Source: an uncultured Syntrophales bacterium
GTDB taxonomy: Bacteria > Desulfobacterota > Syntrophia > Syntrophales > JADFWA01
Length of the DNA: 56,097 nt
Assembly (NCBI GenBank): GCA_964650385.1
Contig: CAZYTP010000006.1
Location: 1-56,097, forward strand
Direction of reading: 5' to 3'
Below are positions 1 through 9,530 of this stretch, in pieces (position 1 is the first letter of the stretch; every line of letters starts with the position of its first letter). The position numbers and the translations under genes are program-made. Below the pieces are notes generated by a model. The model did not search any database. It saw only the letters and a program-made list of their open reading frames with translations, and was not told the DNA's origin.

Positions 1-2
1 CT

Positions 3-755
3 ACTGATGCTCCCTGTTCGGCTTTGTCAGTGATTTATTCAGATGAAGGCGTTTTTGAACGATACTTAGTGTTACCTACAAACCCTGATTGTGTTCTGGT
101 GGATACTGCAATCATAGCAAAAGCTCCTATCCGCTTTTTAGTTTCCGGAATGGGAGATGCTTTGGCTACCTTCTGGGAAGCAGACACCTGTGCCAAGAGC
201 TGCAAGCCTAATGCCCTTACCGGAGAAGCTCCCCCCACCCTGGCTGCAGTTGCCATAGCGCGGCTTTGTTATGATACCCTTCTGGAACATGGTTATTTCG
301 CGAAGTTGGCGGTAGAGAAGAAGGTCGTGACACCATCGGTTGAAGCGGTTGTGGAAGCCAATACGCTACTCAGTGGTTTGGGTTTTGAAAGTGGTGGCCT
401 TGCTGCATCCCATGCAGTTCATAATGGGTTTACGGCTCTGGAGGCATCCCACGGTAAACTGCATGGTGAAAAAGTCGCTTTTGGCGCGCTTACTCAGTTA
501 GTATTAGAGGGGCGGCCATCAGAAGACATTTACGATGTGCTGGATTTCTGTCTTAAGGTGGGTTTGCCGGTTTGTTTGGAAGATATAGGTCTTACAAACC
601 CGACACGCGAAGAAATAAGGCTGGTCGCTGAAGCAACGACGGCTGAGGGTGAAACCATCCATGCAACCTGGTTTCCCGTAACAGCAGGAATGGTAGAGGA
701 TGCCATTTGGGCGGCAGATGCCTTAGGATCTGAGTATAAGGAGGATATGAGCTAA
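3..755 (+). CDS. gldA: Glycerol dehydrogenase (Fe/Zn-ADH family III), 5'-truncated by the window edge
   Basis: Frame is open from position 3 ([12 protein letters not shown]). Motifs [36 protein letters not shown] and HGEKVAFG are typical of GldA/DhaD. Confidence 0.92.
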   Translation, partial: TDAPCSALSVIYSDEGVFERYLVLPTNPDCVLVDTAIIAKAPIRFLVSGMGDALATFWEADTCAKSCKPNALTGEAPPTLAAVAIARLCYDTLLEHGYFAKLAVEKKVVTPSVEAVVEANTLLSGLGFESGGLAASHAVHNGFTALEASHGKLHGEKVAFGALTQLVLEGRPSEDIYDVLDFCLKVGLPVCLEDIGLTNPTREEIRLVAEATTAEGETIHATWFPVTAGMVEDAIWAADALGSEYKEDMS

Positions 756-904
756 TATAGGTTTCTTCCAGTTTCATAAGTGTCGGCATGTTGTGTGAAT
801 TCTGGTTTCAAGTTATCGGCCGGGTACCCCGGTTGATTCCATGGATCGGCTATGTTGCCTGATTTATTTAAAAAAACAGCTAATGCTAATGAATAAGAAA
901 ATAT

Positions 905-937
905 GATATCGGGGGGCAGCGATGCCCCCCCGATATC
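905..937 (+). promoter_or_regulatory. GC-rich hairpin with GCGA (GNRA) loop upstream of pduA; terminator or mRNA-stabilising stem
   Basis: gatatcggggggca-gcga-tgcccccccgatatc, one bulged C. Confidence 0.5.
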
Positions 938-976
938 GATTTCAGTTTTGAATTTAATACACAGGAGGAATAAATA

Positions 977-1264
977 ATGACTAAAGAGGCTTTAGGAATG
1001 ATTGAAACCAGAGGATTAGTCGCCAACATCGAAGCGTCGGACGCAATGGTAAAGGCGGCTAATGTAGTGTTAATTGGACAGAAACAAATCGGTGCTGGTC
1101 TTGTGACGGCCCTGGTCCGCGGGGATGTTGGGGCAGTCAAAGCAGCCACGGATGCGGGTTCGGCTGCGGCTGAAAAGGTCGGTGAAGTAATCTCCGTGCA
1201 CGTGATTCCAAGACCGCATGAAGATGTGGAAAAGCTTCTGCCAAAAACACCCAAAAGTGAATAG
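977..1264 (+). CDS. pduA: BMC-H hexameric shell protein, PduA/EutM-like
   Basis: [12 protein letters not shown]...MVKAANV...[20 protein letters not shown]...VHVIPRPH; strong AGGAGG RBS. Confidence 0.93.
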   Translation: MTKEALGMIETRGLVANIEASDAMVKAANVVLIGQKQIGAGLVTALVRGDVGAVKAATDAGSAAAEKVGEVISVHVIPRPHEDVEKLLPKTPKSE

Positions 1265-1325
1265 AAGTTGATAAGCATTATGAACACACTTATTGGACAT
1301 AACTTAGGATAGGAGGAAATGTCCT

Positions 1326-2135
1326 ATGGAAGAACAATTAATCAATAAAGTTATGAAAGAAGTAATGAAGCGTGTGAGTTCCGGCTCTCCTGCCGAGACG
1401 AAACCTGCAGAAGCAAAAAAGGACAATTCTAATATGCTCGCAGATCTGGTGCAGATAACCGAGTTCGTTGGGGTCAGCATGGGGGATACCCAGGGGATTG
1501 TTATCGCAAACCTGGATCCCGTCATTCATAAGCTTTTCGGGTTTGATGAAAAGTACCGTGCCATTGGCGTTATTGGCGGTCGTATTGGTGCTGGTCCTCA
1601 ACTCATGGCGGCGGATGAGGCTGTCAAGGCGACTAATACCGAAGTCATACTCATTGAAATGCCCAGAGATTGCAAAGGTGGCGCAGGCCACGGTAATTTG
1701 ATTATATTTGGTGCTGAGGATGTTTCGGATGCACGCCGTGCAGTGGAAGTTACAATTGATACGTTGCCCAAGTATTTTGGGGATGTGTATGCAAATGATC
1801 AAGGATATACTGAAAATCAATACACCGCCCGGGCAAGCAAATGTTTGAAAAAGGCGGTAGGTGCACATGAAGGTAGGGCTTTCGGTTTGATTCTTGGCGC
1901 TCCCGCGGTCATTGGTATGCTCATGATTGATACGGCAGTCAAGGCTGCAAATGTTGAAGTTCTGGGGTATGCCTCACCTGCGCATGGAACGTCCCTGACC
2001 AACGAGGTATTTATCATGGTTTCCGGTGATTCGGGTGCCGTTCGCCAAGCCGTGATCGCCGGCAGGGAAGTTGGAAATAAGCTTCTGAGCGCATGGGGTG
2101 AAAAACCCAAGTCGCTAGGTACTCCATACATATAG
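1326..2135 (+). CDS. pduB: BMC-T shell protein PduB with N-terminal amphipathic extension
   Basis: TEFVGVSMGDTQGIVIAN, GAGPQLMAADEAVKATN, GAGHG, ENQYTARAS, SPAHGTSLTNE; lies between pduA and pduC. Confidence 0.93.
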   Translation: MEEQLINKVMKEVMKRVSSGSPAETKPAEAKKDNSNMLADLVQITEFVGVSMGDTQGIVIANLDPVIHKLFGFDEKYRAIGVIGGRIGAGPQLMAADEAVKATNTEVILIEMPRDCKGGAGHGNLIIFGAEDVSDARRAVEVTIDTLPKYFGDVYANDQGYTENQYTARASKCLKKAVGAHEGRAFGLILGAPAVIGMLMIDTAVKAANVEVLGYASPAHGTSLTNEVFIMVSGDSGAVRQAVIAGREVGNKLLSAWGEKPKSLGTPYI

Positions 2136-2152
2136 TTGGGGGGTGAAAGAAG

Positions 2153-3820
2153 ATGGTGAGAAGGCAAAAACGCTTCGAAGTACTGGAAAAACGTGCCGTT
2201 AATCAGGACGGCTTTATTAAAGAGTGGATCGATGTGGGTCTGGTTGCCATGGACAGTCCCAATGATCCAGAACCATCAATTAAAATAACAAATGGCAAGG
2301 TCATCGAAATGGACGGTAAATCCCGTGAAGATTTCGACATGATCGATACATGGATTGCGGATCATACCATTGATGCCGAAGTGGCTGAAGAAGCAATGGC
2401 CTTGGATTCACTGGATATTGCACGCATGTTGGTAGATATTAATGTACCGCGAGAAAAAATCGTGCGATTGGCTGTCGGCATGACGCCAGCCAAATATGTG
2501 GATATTCTTAAAAGGATGAATGTAGTCGAACTGATGATGGCCATGCAAAAATTACGTCCCAGACGCACTCCATCCAACCAAGCCCATGTAACTAATGTCA
2601 AAGACACTCCTGCTCTTCTGGCTGCTGATGCGGCAGAAGCTGCCTATCGGGGATTCAGCGAGCTTGAGACCACCGTTGGCGTAGTACGTTACGCACCAAT
2701 GAATGCCCTTTCTATTTTAGTGGGTTCACAAACAGGTCGGCCAGGGGTCCTCACCCAGTGTGCGGTGGAAGAATCTTTAGAACTTACCATGGGAATGCGT
2801 GGGCTTACGGCCTATGCTGAAACGGTTTCCGTTTATGGAACCGAACAGGTCTTTATTGACGGGGATGACACTCCATGGTCCAAGGCGTTTCTGGCCTCTG
2901 CTTACGCATCACGAGGGCTTAAGATGAGATTTACTTCCGGTACCGGATCTGAGGTACAAATGGGGTACGCTGAAGGAAAATCAATGCTGTATCTGGAAAC
3001 CCGGTGTGTGATGATTACAAAGGGTGCTGGTGTACAGGGCCTGCAGAATGGCTCCATCAGTGTCGTCGGCGTACCGGGAGCAGTGCCGGCAGGAGTTCGT
3101 ACCATGCTGGCGGAAAATATTGCCACGGTTCTTAATGATATGGAAGTTGCATCGGGCAATGATCAGACCTTCACACATTCTCCAATTCGCAATACTGCAC
3201 GCATGCTCATGCAGTTTCTCCCCGGTACCGATTTGATTTTCTCGGGCTATAGCGCAGTGCCAAACTATGACAATATGTTTGCAGGATCCACCCATGACTC
3301 TGACGATTATGACGACATGCTCGTCTTACAGCGGGACCTTCAGGTTGACATGTCCTTACGCCCGGTAACAGAAGAAGATGTCATCGCTATCCGTAACAAG
3401 GGTGCCATGGCACTACAGGCGGTTTTTGATGAGCTGAGACTTCCACTCATCACAGATGATGAGATTGATGCCGCAACTTATGCTCATGGTAGCAAAGATA
3501 TGCCCGACCGTAATGTTCCCGAAGATCTTAGGTCTATAGACGAACTTATGAAACGCGAAATCACTGGCCTGGATGTTGTTCTCGCCTTAGCAAAACATGG
3601 GTTCAATGATGTTGCCCAGAGTGTTCTCAATATGCTCAAGGGAAAGGTAAGCGGAGATTACCTGCAAACATCGGCCATCTTTGATGAAAATTTCAATGTG
3701 GTGGCTGCTATCAATGACCTGAACGATTATGAAGGTCCTGGTACGGGTTACCGCCTGGAAGGTGAAAGATGGGAACTCTTAAAAGATATTCGTGCAGCTA
3801 TTAGCCCTGAGGATGTATAG
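2153..3820 (+). CDS. pduC: AdoCbl-dependent diol/glycerol dehydratase, large subunit
   Basis: 555 aa; QAHVTN, ETTVG, AETVSVYGT, DGDDTPWSK, GLQNGS, NDQTF and SGYSAVPNYDNMFAG conserved. Confidence 0.97.
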   Translation: MVRRQKRFEVLEKRAVNQDGFIKEWIDVGLVAMDSPNDPEPSIKITNGKVIEMDGKSREDFDMIDTWIADHTIDAEVAEEAMALDSLDIARMLVDINVPREKIVRLAVGMTPAKYVDILKRMNVVELMMAMQKLRPRRTPSNQAHVTNVKDTPALLAADAAEAAYRGFSELETTVGVVRYAPMNALSILVGSQTGRPGVLTQCAVEESLELTMGMRGLTAYAETVSVYGTEQVFIDGDDTPWSKAFLASAYASRGLKMRFTSGTGSEVQMGYAEGKSMLYLETRCVMITKGAGVQGLQNGSISVVGVPGAVPAGVRTMLAENIATVLNDMEVASGNDQTFTHSPIRNTARMLMQFLPGTDLIFSGYSAVPNYDNMFAGSTHDSDDYDDMLVLQRDLQVDMSLRPVTEEDVIAIRNKGAMALQAVFDELRLPLITDDEIDAATYAHGSKDMPDRNVPEDLRSIDELMKREITGLDVVLALAKHGFNDVAQSVLNMLKGKVSGDYLQTSAIFDENFNVVAAINDLNDYEGPGTGYRLEGERWELLKDIRAAISPEDV

Positions 3821-3847
3821 GGCTGTTCAGGGGAGGAAATTTGAAAA

Positions 3848-4495
3848 ATGAATATTTCTGAAGACATGGTTAAAGAAATCATCATCGAGGTTTTGCAGCA
3901 AATGAAAGGAGAGGGAGAACCGGCAACGACCCAGGTAAAAGAGCAAGCCCGCGCGCTTCAGTTCCAGGAGATTGGGGAGGCAAAACCCGGAACTAATGTA
4001 AATGAGGTGGTTATTGGCATACCACCGGCATTTGGAACGGCCATGACCCAAACCATTATCAACATCCCGCATCGAGATGTATTAAGCGAAGTGATGGCAG
4101 GTATTGAAGAGGAAGGCCTCAAAGCCCGGATAGTAAAGGTCAATAGAACCGCAGATGTTGCATTTATTGCTCACGAGGCCGCCAAATTGAGCGGGTCAGG
4201 GATTGGTATTGGTATCATTTCAAGGGGAACCACCGTCATCCACCAGCGGGATTTGGCTCCGCTTCAAAACTTAGAGTTATTTTCACAATCACCGCTGGTA
4301 GAAAGGGAAACCTTTCGTGCCATTGGTCGTAACGCAGCCCAATATGCCAAGGGATTAAGCCCGTCACCGGTTCCTGTGCGCAACGATCCCATGGCCAGAC
4401 CTAAATATCAAGGTCTGGCGGCATTGCTCCACAACAAAGAAGTTCAATATGTGAAACCTGATATGCCGAGCATGGATATGACTGTTCGGCTTTAG
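3848..4495 (+). CDS. pduD: Diol dehydratase medium subunit with N-terminal encapsulation peptide
   Basis: [51 protein letters not shown]; N-terminal [16 protein letters not shown]. Confidence 0.95.
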   Translation: MNISEDMVKEIIIEVLQQMKGEGEPATTQVKEQARALQFQEIGEAKPGTNVNEVVIGIPPAFGTAMTQTIINIPHRDVLSEVMAGIEEEGLKARIVKVNRTADVAFIAHEAAKLSGSGIGIGIISRGTTVIHQRDLAPLQNLELFSQSPLVERETFRAIGRNAAQYAKGLSPSPVPVRNDPMARPKYQGLAALLHNKEVQYVKPDMPSMDMTVRL

Positions 4496-4590
4496 TTGGA
4501 TCTATGATAGCTGCAAGAACACTATTTTAAGTCCTTATAATCTAAGAACAATAAAATATCAAAGAACCATTATCCAAGGAGGCAGAAAAC

Positions 4591-5121
4591 ATGGCTCAAT
4601 CAAAAGAATTGAATATTTCTCCCGACTTGATTGCTGAGGCGGTAAAACGGGCTATGGACAAACTTGGCCAAGAGCGTGAAAAGGGAGCTATAAAAAATGA
4701 TCCGACAGGTACACTTGACGCTAAGAAGGACTACCCACTCGCCGCCAGACGTCCCGACCTGGTTAAATCGGAAACTGGATTATCCCTTGATGAGATTACG
4801 TTGGATAAAGTTATAGATGGCAAAATCAGCTTTAATGACATCAAGGTTCGGCCGCAGACGCTGGAGTATCAAGCACAGATTGCTGAAAATATCCATCGGC
4901 CGCATATTGCAGCAAATCTGCGCCGGGCTGCGGAAATGACGCGAATTCCCGATGAACGCATTTTGGAAATGTATGATGCGTTACGCCCATACCGGTGCAC
5001 AAAGCAGGAACTACTCGATATAGCTAATGAACTTGAATCGAAATTTCAAGCGAAGATCTGTGCAGATTTGGTTCGTGAAGCTGCCGAAGTCTATGAAAAA
5101 CGCGGTCGTTTAAAACGTTAA
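4591..5121 (+). CDS. pduE: Diol dehydratase small subunit
   Basis: DYPLA, TLEYQAQIAE, NLRRAAEMTRIPDERILEMYDALRPYR, VREAAEVYEKR. Confidence 0.95.
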   Translation: MAQSKELNISPDLIAEAVKRAMDKLGQEREKGAIKNDPTGTLDAKKDYPLAARRPDLVKSETGLSLDEITLDKVIDGKISFNDIKVRPQTLEYQAQIAENIHRPHIAANLRRAAEMTRIPDERILEMYDALRPYRCTKQELLDIANELESKFQAKICADLVREAAEVYEKRGRLKR

Positions 5122-5134
5122 GGGTTACGTATAT

Positions 5135-6958
5135 ATGAGATACATTGCCGGTGTCGATGTTGGCAATAATACTACGGAGGTTGCCATAGCTAAGGTCTCA
5201 TTAGAGGGTGATATAGATTTCCTTGCCAGTGCTATGGTGAAAACCACGGGTATAAAGGGGACACTCAGGAATGTGCAGGGGATTATTGATGCCCTGGATA
5301 TCGCCATAGAACCGCTGGAAATACAACGCAAAGATATTAGTCTGGTTCTTCTCAATAAAGCAACTCCGGTTATCGGCGATGTTGCCATGGAAACAATTAC
5401 AGAAACTGTCATAACGGAATCAGCTATGATCGGTCATAACCCATCCACGCCTGCAGGAATGGGATTAGGGCTCGGGACCACCATCTCATTGGAAGATTTA
5501 AAGTCTGTTTCTCCTGATGAACGGTGGATTGTGGTTATTGACGGTTCCATTGAATTCCGGGAAGCAGCCGCACGTTTGAATGAAGCAACTTCTATGAATT
5601 TACAGATTGAAGGTGCAATAGTCAGGAAGGATGAGGCGGTATTGATCTATAACCGGTTACACCACCCTATCCCAATTGTTGATGAAGTATTACACATTGA
5701 ACGCGTTCCCATGGGAATGCCGGCAGCGATAGAGGTGGCAACAATAGGAAAAACTATTGAAAAACTATCCAATCCCTATGATATCGCCACTCTATTCAAT
5801 TTGGGACCGGAGGAAACAAAAAACATTGTTCCCATTGCCCGGGCGCTCACGGGAACCAGAAGTGCCGTAGTTATCAAGACACCACAAGGAGACATTCAAG
5901 AACGAAGGATCCCGGCGGGGAAAATCACACTCATTGGCCGACAAAAGGCAGAGGTGCCCGTTGAGGAAGGGGCCGAGGCCATAATGGACGAAATTGCCAA
6001 AGTGCACCCTTTAATAGAAATTCAGGCTGAACCCGGAACCAATGTCGGGGGAATGTTCGAAACGGTTCGTACGGTAATGGCCGATCTCACGGACCAACCG
6101 GTGACCGCGATCCGGGTGCAGGACATTCTCGCAGTGGACACTCTAGTTCCACAGAGAGTACTGGGTAGCCTTGCAGGAGAGTATTCTATGGGTAACGCAG
6201 TGGGGTTGGCTGCCATGGTAGAAACTCACAAACTGCCAATGCAGCGGCTGGCCCAGAAACTGGAAAATGAAATTATGGTTCACACTATTGTTGCCGGTGT
6301 TGAGGCCGAGATGGCCATCCGTGGTGCCATGACTACTCCAGGCACACAGCCCCCTCTTGCTATACTGGATCTGGGAGGCGGTTCCACCGACGCCTCAATC
6401 ATTAATGAAAATGGAGAAATTCAAAGTGTACATCTTGCCGGGGCCGGGGACATGGTAAGACTTCTTATTGATAAGGAACTAGGGCTTGAAAACTTGGAGC
6501 TCGCCGAAGATATCAAATTTTATCCTCTAGCCAAAGTTGAAACGCTTTACCATATGCGAAATGAAGACGGCTCGGTCCGGTTTTTCCACGAGCACCTTGA
6601 TCCGAGCCTGTTTGGGCGGGTGGTAGTGGTTACTGAAAACGGTCCAATGCCGGTGGAAACCCGCGAATCTGTGGCAAGAATTGCTGAAATTCGACAAAGG
6701 TCAAAGAAAAAAGTTTTCGTGCAAAACGCCCTTCGTGCGTTAGAAAGAGTTGCACCGGCTAACAATATCCGACTTATCAGCTTTGTAGTTCTGGTGGGAG
6801 GTTCAGCACTGGATTTTGAAATCCCCCGGATGATTTCTGATGCACTGGATGAGTATGGGGTGGTCACTGGCAGAGCCAATATCCGTGGCGTTGAAGGACC
6901 GAGAAACGCCGTTGCCACGGGTCTTGTTCTTGCTCATGTGGGAGAAGAAAAAGGATAA
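5135..6958 (+). CDS. pduG: Diol dehydratase reactivase, alpha subunit
   Basis: AGVDVGNNTTEV, TTGIKGT, ETITETVITESAMIGHNPSTP, LDLGGGSTDAS, EGPRNAVATGL. Confidence 0.95.
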   Translation: MRYIAGVDVGNNTTEVAIAKVSLEGDIDFLASAMVKTTGIKGTLRNVQGIIDALDIAIEPLEIQRKDISLVLLNKATPVIGDVAMETITETVITESAMIGHNPSTPAGMGLGLGTTISLEDLKSVSPDERWIVVIDGSIEFREAAARLNEATSMNLQIEGAIVRKDEAVLIYNRLHHPIPIVDEVLHIERVPMGMPAAIEVATIGKTIEKLSNPYDIATLFNLGPEETKNIVPIARALTGTRSAVVIKTPQGDIQERRIPAGKITLIGRQKAEVPVEEGAEAIMDEIAKVHPLIEIQAEPGTNVGGMFETVRTVMADLTDQPVTAIRVQDILAVDTLVPQRVLGSLAGEYSMGNAVGLAAMVETHKLPMQRLAQKLENEIMVHTIVAGVEAEMAIRGAMTTPGTQPPLAILDLGGGSTDASIINENGEIQSVHLAGAGDMVRLLIDKELGLENLELAEDIKFYPLAKVETLYHMRNEDGSVRFFHEHLDPSLFGRVVVVTENGPMPVETRESVARIAEIRQRSKKKVFVQNALRALERVAPANNIRLISFVVLVGGSALDFEIPRMISDALDEYGVVTGRANIRGVEGPRNAVATGLVLAHVGEEKG

Positions 6959-6962
6959 TCCG

Positions 6963-7478
6963 ATGGTGGATGAAAAATTTCATATAGATAGTGTGGAACC
7001 GACTGTACAAATCTTCGCAACCAAGCCTGTCCCCGAAAAGGAAATTGGACATATTCTTTGGGGATTAGAAGAGGAAGGAATCCCTGCCAAAGTTCAAGAA
7101 GTACGAAACGATTCGGCAGTAATCATTGCCAAACAGGCTGCTGATAGCTCACATCTCAATGTAGGAATCGGCGTTGATGGAAGTGGGCGCGAGGTTATTT
7201 TACATCATAGAGACCTGCCGAGTGAGAAACCTTTGTTTTCACTCTCGGCTGAGGAATTTCAATCAACACAGTTGCGTCGTCTGGGGGCCAATGCAGCTCG
7301 TTTAGTTAAGGGAGATCCACTTATTTTTCAGGATAACACTGTATATCATGTTGATCTTGAACGAGCGGCTCAACTTCAGCAGGATCAACCAGGAAATTTA
7401 ATCCAGCTACCCCCGGATCAATTAGAGAAATTGATTTCCATGGTGGTGACGGAAACTCTAAATAACATAAGATTATAG
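6963..7478 (+). CDS. pduH: Diol dehydratase reactivase, beta subunit, with C-terminal extension
   Basis: ILWGLEEEGIP, AADSSHLNVGIG, RLGANAARLVKG. ATG at 6963 follows an AAGGA RBS; the ORF-track start at 6840 overlaps pduG. Confidence 0.88.
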   Translation: MVDEKFHIDSVEPTVQIFATKPVPEKEIGHILWGLEEEGIPAKVQEVRNDSAVIIAKQAADSSHLNVGIGVDGSGREVILHHRDLPSEKPLFSLSAEEFQSTQLRRLGANAARLVKGDPLIFQDNTVYHVDLERAAQLQQDQPGNLIQLPPDQLEKLISMVVTETLNNIRL

Positions 7479-7487
7479 GGGAAGCCT

Positions 7488-7946
7488 ATGAAAAAACTAA
7501 GCTTGGGATTGATAGAAACATGGGGATATACGCCTGCCATAGAGGCTGCAGATGCCGGCACAAAAGCAGCTAATGTTAATTTTCTTGGCTATGAAATTAC
7601 GAGAGTAGCCCTGGTTACAGTAAAATTTGTCGGTGACGTGGCTGCAGTTCAAGCAGCGGTTTCTGCTGGTGAGCAGGCGGCAAAGAAGGTTGGAAAAGTG
7701 GTGTCCGTCCATGTAATTCCCAGACCGGATCCTCAACTCCGTATCGAACCATTGGATCAACCACCTTCTGATGAAAACAAATTATATATTCCTCCTAAGA
7801 AAGAAGAAGTTGAAGCACAACCGGAGCCACGACTTCCCAAGAAAAAAGAAATTAAAGCAAAACCGGAGTTACCACCGCCTCTTAAAGGTAAAGAGAAGAA
7901 GAGCAAGAGAGCAAAACCAATAAAGAAGAGTAAGAAAACAAAGTAG
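7488..7946 (+). CDS. BMC-H shell protein with Pro/Lys-rich C-terminal tail (PduK-like)
   Basis: SLGLIETWG...AIEAADAGTKAANV...GDVAAVQAAV...VHVIPRP followed by a ~65-aa low-complexity basic tail. Confidence 0.85.
   Translation: MKKLSLGLIETWGYTPAIEAADAGTKAANVNFLGYEITRVALVTVKFVGDVAAVQAAVSAGEQAAKKVGKVVSVHVIPRPDPQLRIEPLDQPPSDENKLYIPPKKEEVEAQPEPRLPKKKEIKAKPELPPPLKGKEKKSKRAKPIKKSKKTK
7791..7874 (+). repeat. Degenerate 42-bp tandem duplication in the shell-protein tail
   Basis: cctcctaagaaagaagaagttgaagcacaaccggag at 7791 vs cttcccaagaaaaaagaaattaaagcaaaaccggag at 7833 (PPKKEEVEAQPE / LPKKKEIKAKPE). Confidence 0.75.
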
Positions 7947-8040
7947 AAAAGCAATTAGTAATTAGAATAAAGCTTGAGGTAATTTATATCTCAATGAACA
8001 GGAGTGTAGAGATAGGCTTAACCTTGTAAAGGAGTGTGAA

Positions 8041-8658
8041 ATGGCAGAGCTTCGTGCATATGTATATTTGGATCGTATTCAACCCCAATTTACCGCATAT
8101 ATGAGCGCTAACGCCAGAGGCTATATTCCTATTCCGGGCATGGCCGCAATACTTGTAGAAATATCTCCAGGAGTGCTTATCAATAGAGTAATCGATGCGT
8201 CCGTGAAAGCAGCCAACATTAGACCGGGACTCATGGTGGTTGAAAGGCACTTTGGTGTGTTGGAATTTCATTCTGAAGCACAGGCTGATGTTAAACATGC
8301 CGGCGCTGCAGTACTCAAGGTTTTGGGGATGATAATTGAAGATCGTATCAAGCCAAAGATTTTGAGTTCTCAGATCATACACAAGGTTAATGCATATCAT
8401 GCACAAATGGTAAATGTCTCCCGGCTGGCCTCCATGTTACTTCCGGATCAAGATCTTTACATTTTGGAAGTTCAGCCTGCTGCCTATATTTCACTGGCAG
8501 CCAATGAAGCGGAGAAAAATTCGCCGATTACCCTTGTAGATTGTAGGACTTATGGTGCGGTGGGTCGATTGTCCCTTGGGGGTAAACAGGGGGATATTGA
8601 ACGAGCCGCAAGTGCGGCGGAAGTGGCAATTAAAAAGATCACCGGTAAAGAATCGTAA
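8041..8658 (+). CDS. BMC-T(dp) double-stacking gated trimer, CcmP/CsoS1D-like
   Basis: ELRAYVYLDRIQPQ, VEISPG, VERHFGVLEFHS, EVQPAAY, ANEAEK and GAVGRL match the CcmP-type permuted tandem BMC pattern. Confidence 0.85.
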   Translation: MAELRAYVYLDRIQPQFTAYMSANARGYIPIPGMAAILVEISPGVLINRVIDASVKAANIRPGLMVVERHFGVLEFHSEAQADVKHAGAAVLKVLGMIIEDRIKPKILSSQIIHKVNAYHAQMVNVSRLASMLLPDQDLYILEVQPAAYISLAANEAEKNSPITLVDCRTYGAVGRLSLGGKQGDIERAASAAEVAIKKITGKES

Positions 8659-8663
8659 TTTAA

Positions 8664-9530
8664 ATGAAGATAAGCGAATCGGCAAATCAACATATAGCAG
8701 CTTTTGAAGCCGCCTTGAAATTAAATGGCAATGGTTATTCCGATCAACCTCTGTTTGCTGGAGTGGATCTCGGGACTGCCTATATAGTAACGGCGGTTGT
8801 GGACAGTGAGGGAATACCTGTGGCCGGGGTACTTACTCGCAGTCAATCCAGCATCCGGGACGGGTTGGTCTTGGATTATGTCGGCGCCATTACACTCCTG
8901 CGCAAACAGGTGGAACTGCTTCACGGTGCCGGGTTCCCGATTAAAGTTGCGTCGGCTGCTTTTCCGCCCGGGACGATCGGACGAAACAACCATGCATTTG
9001 CAAATGTTTTGCAGAGTGTTGGATTGGAGGTATCCGGATTAATTGATGAACCCTCTGCGGCTTCTCTGGTCTTAGAGATCGCTGAAGGGGCTGTGGTGGA
9101 CATTGGTGGAGGAACCACAGGCATTTCTGTCATAAAAAATGGCCAGGTTGTTTACACCGCTGATGAACCCACTGGTGGTATCCATCTGGATCTTGTCCTT
9201 GCGGGTCATTATCGGATTGATACGCAAGAAGCGGAAAGCATTAAAACAGATTCCACCCGCCAACCTGAGATTTTTCCTCTGGTGCGACCTGTTTTCCAGA
9301 AAATGGCAAGTATTGTGCGACGGCACCTGCAAGAACATCCTGTTAAAACCCTCTATCTGGTTGGGGGAACAAGTTCTTTCCCCGGTATCGAGGACGTGAT
9401 GGAAAACGAAACCGGATTGGATGTTGTCAAACCTTATAACCCGTTACTCGTAACTCCCCTGGGTATTGCCTTAAGCTGTGTGAAAGAAAACTTAAGAAAA
9501 CAACCTGCCATGGGTCAAGAAAGATTATGA
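8664..9530 (+). CDS. eutJ: EutJ-family actin/Hsp70-fold ATPase
   Basis: GVDLGTAYIV, RDGLVLDY, PPGT, DEPSAA, VDIGGGTTG, ADEPTGG, LVGGT, VTPLGIA. Confidence 0.92.
   Translation: MKISESANQHIAAFEAALKLNGNGYSDQPLFAGVDLGTAYIVTAVVDSEGIPVAGVLTRSQSSIRDGLVLDYVGAITLLRKQVELLHGAGFPIKVASAAFPPGTIGRNNHAFANVLQSVGLEVSGLIDEPSAASLVLEIAEGAVVDIGGGTTGISVIKNGQVVYTADEPTGGIHLDLVLAGHYRIDTQEAESIKTDSTRQPEIFPLVRPVFQKMASIVRRHLQEHPVKTLYLVGGTSSFPGIEDVMENETGLDVVKPYNPLLVTPLGIALSCVKENLRKQPAMGQERL

Noticed and set aside
756-976. Cobalamin riboswitch ahead of the pdu genes
   Set aside because: No B12-box or conserved GGGAA/GCCACTG core recognised; only simple hairpins.
6840-6962. Longer N-terminus for pduH from the ORF track
   Set aside because: Overlaps pduG by 119 nt; the RBS supports ATG 6963.
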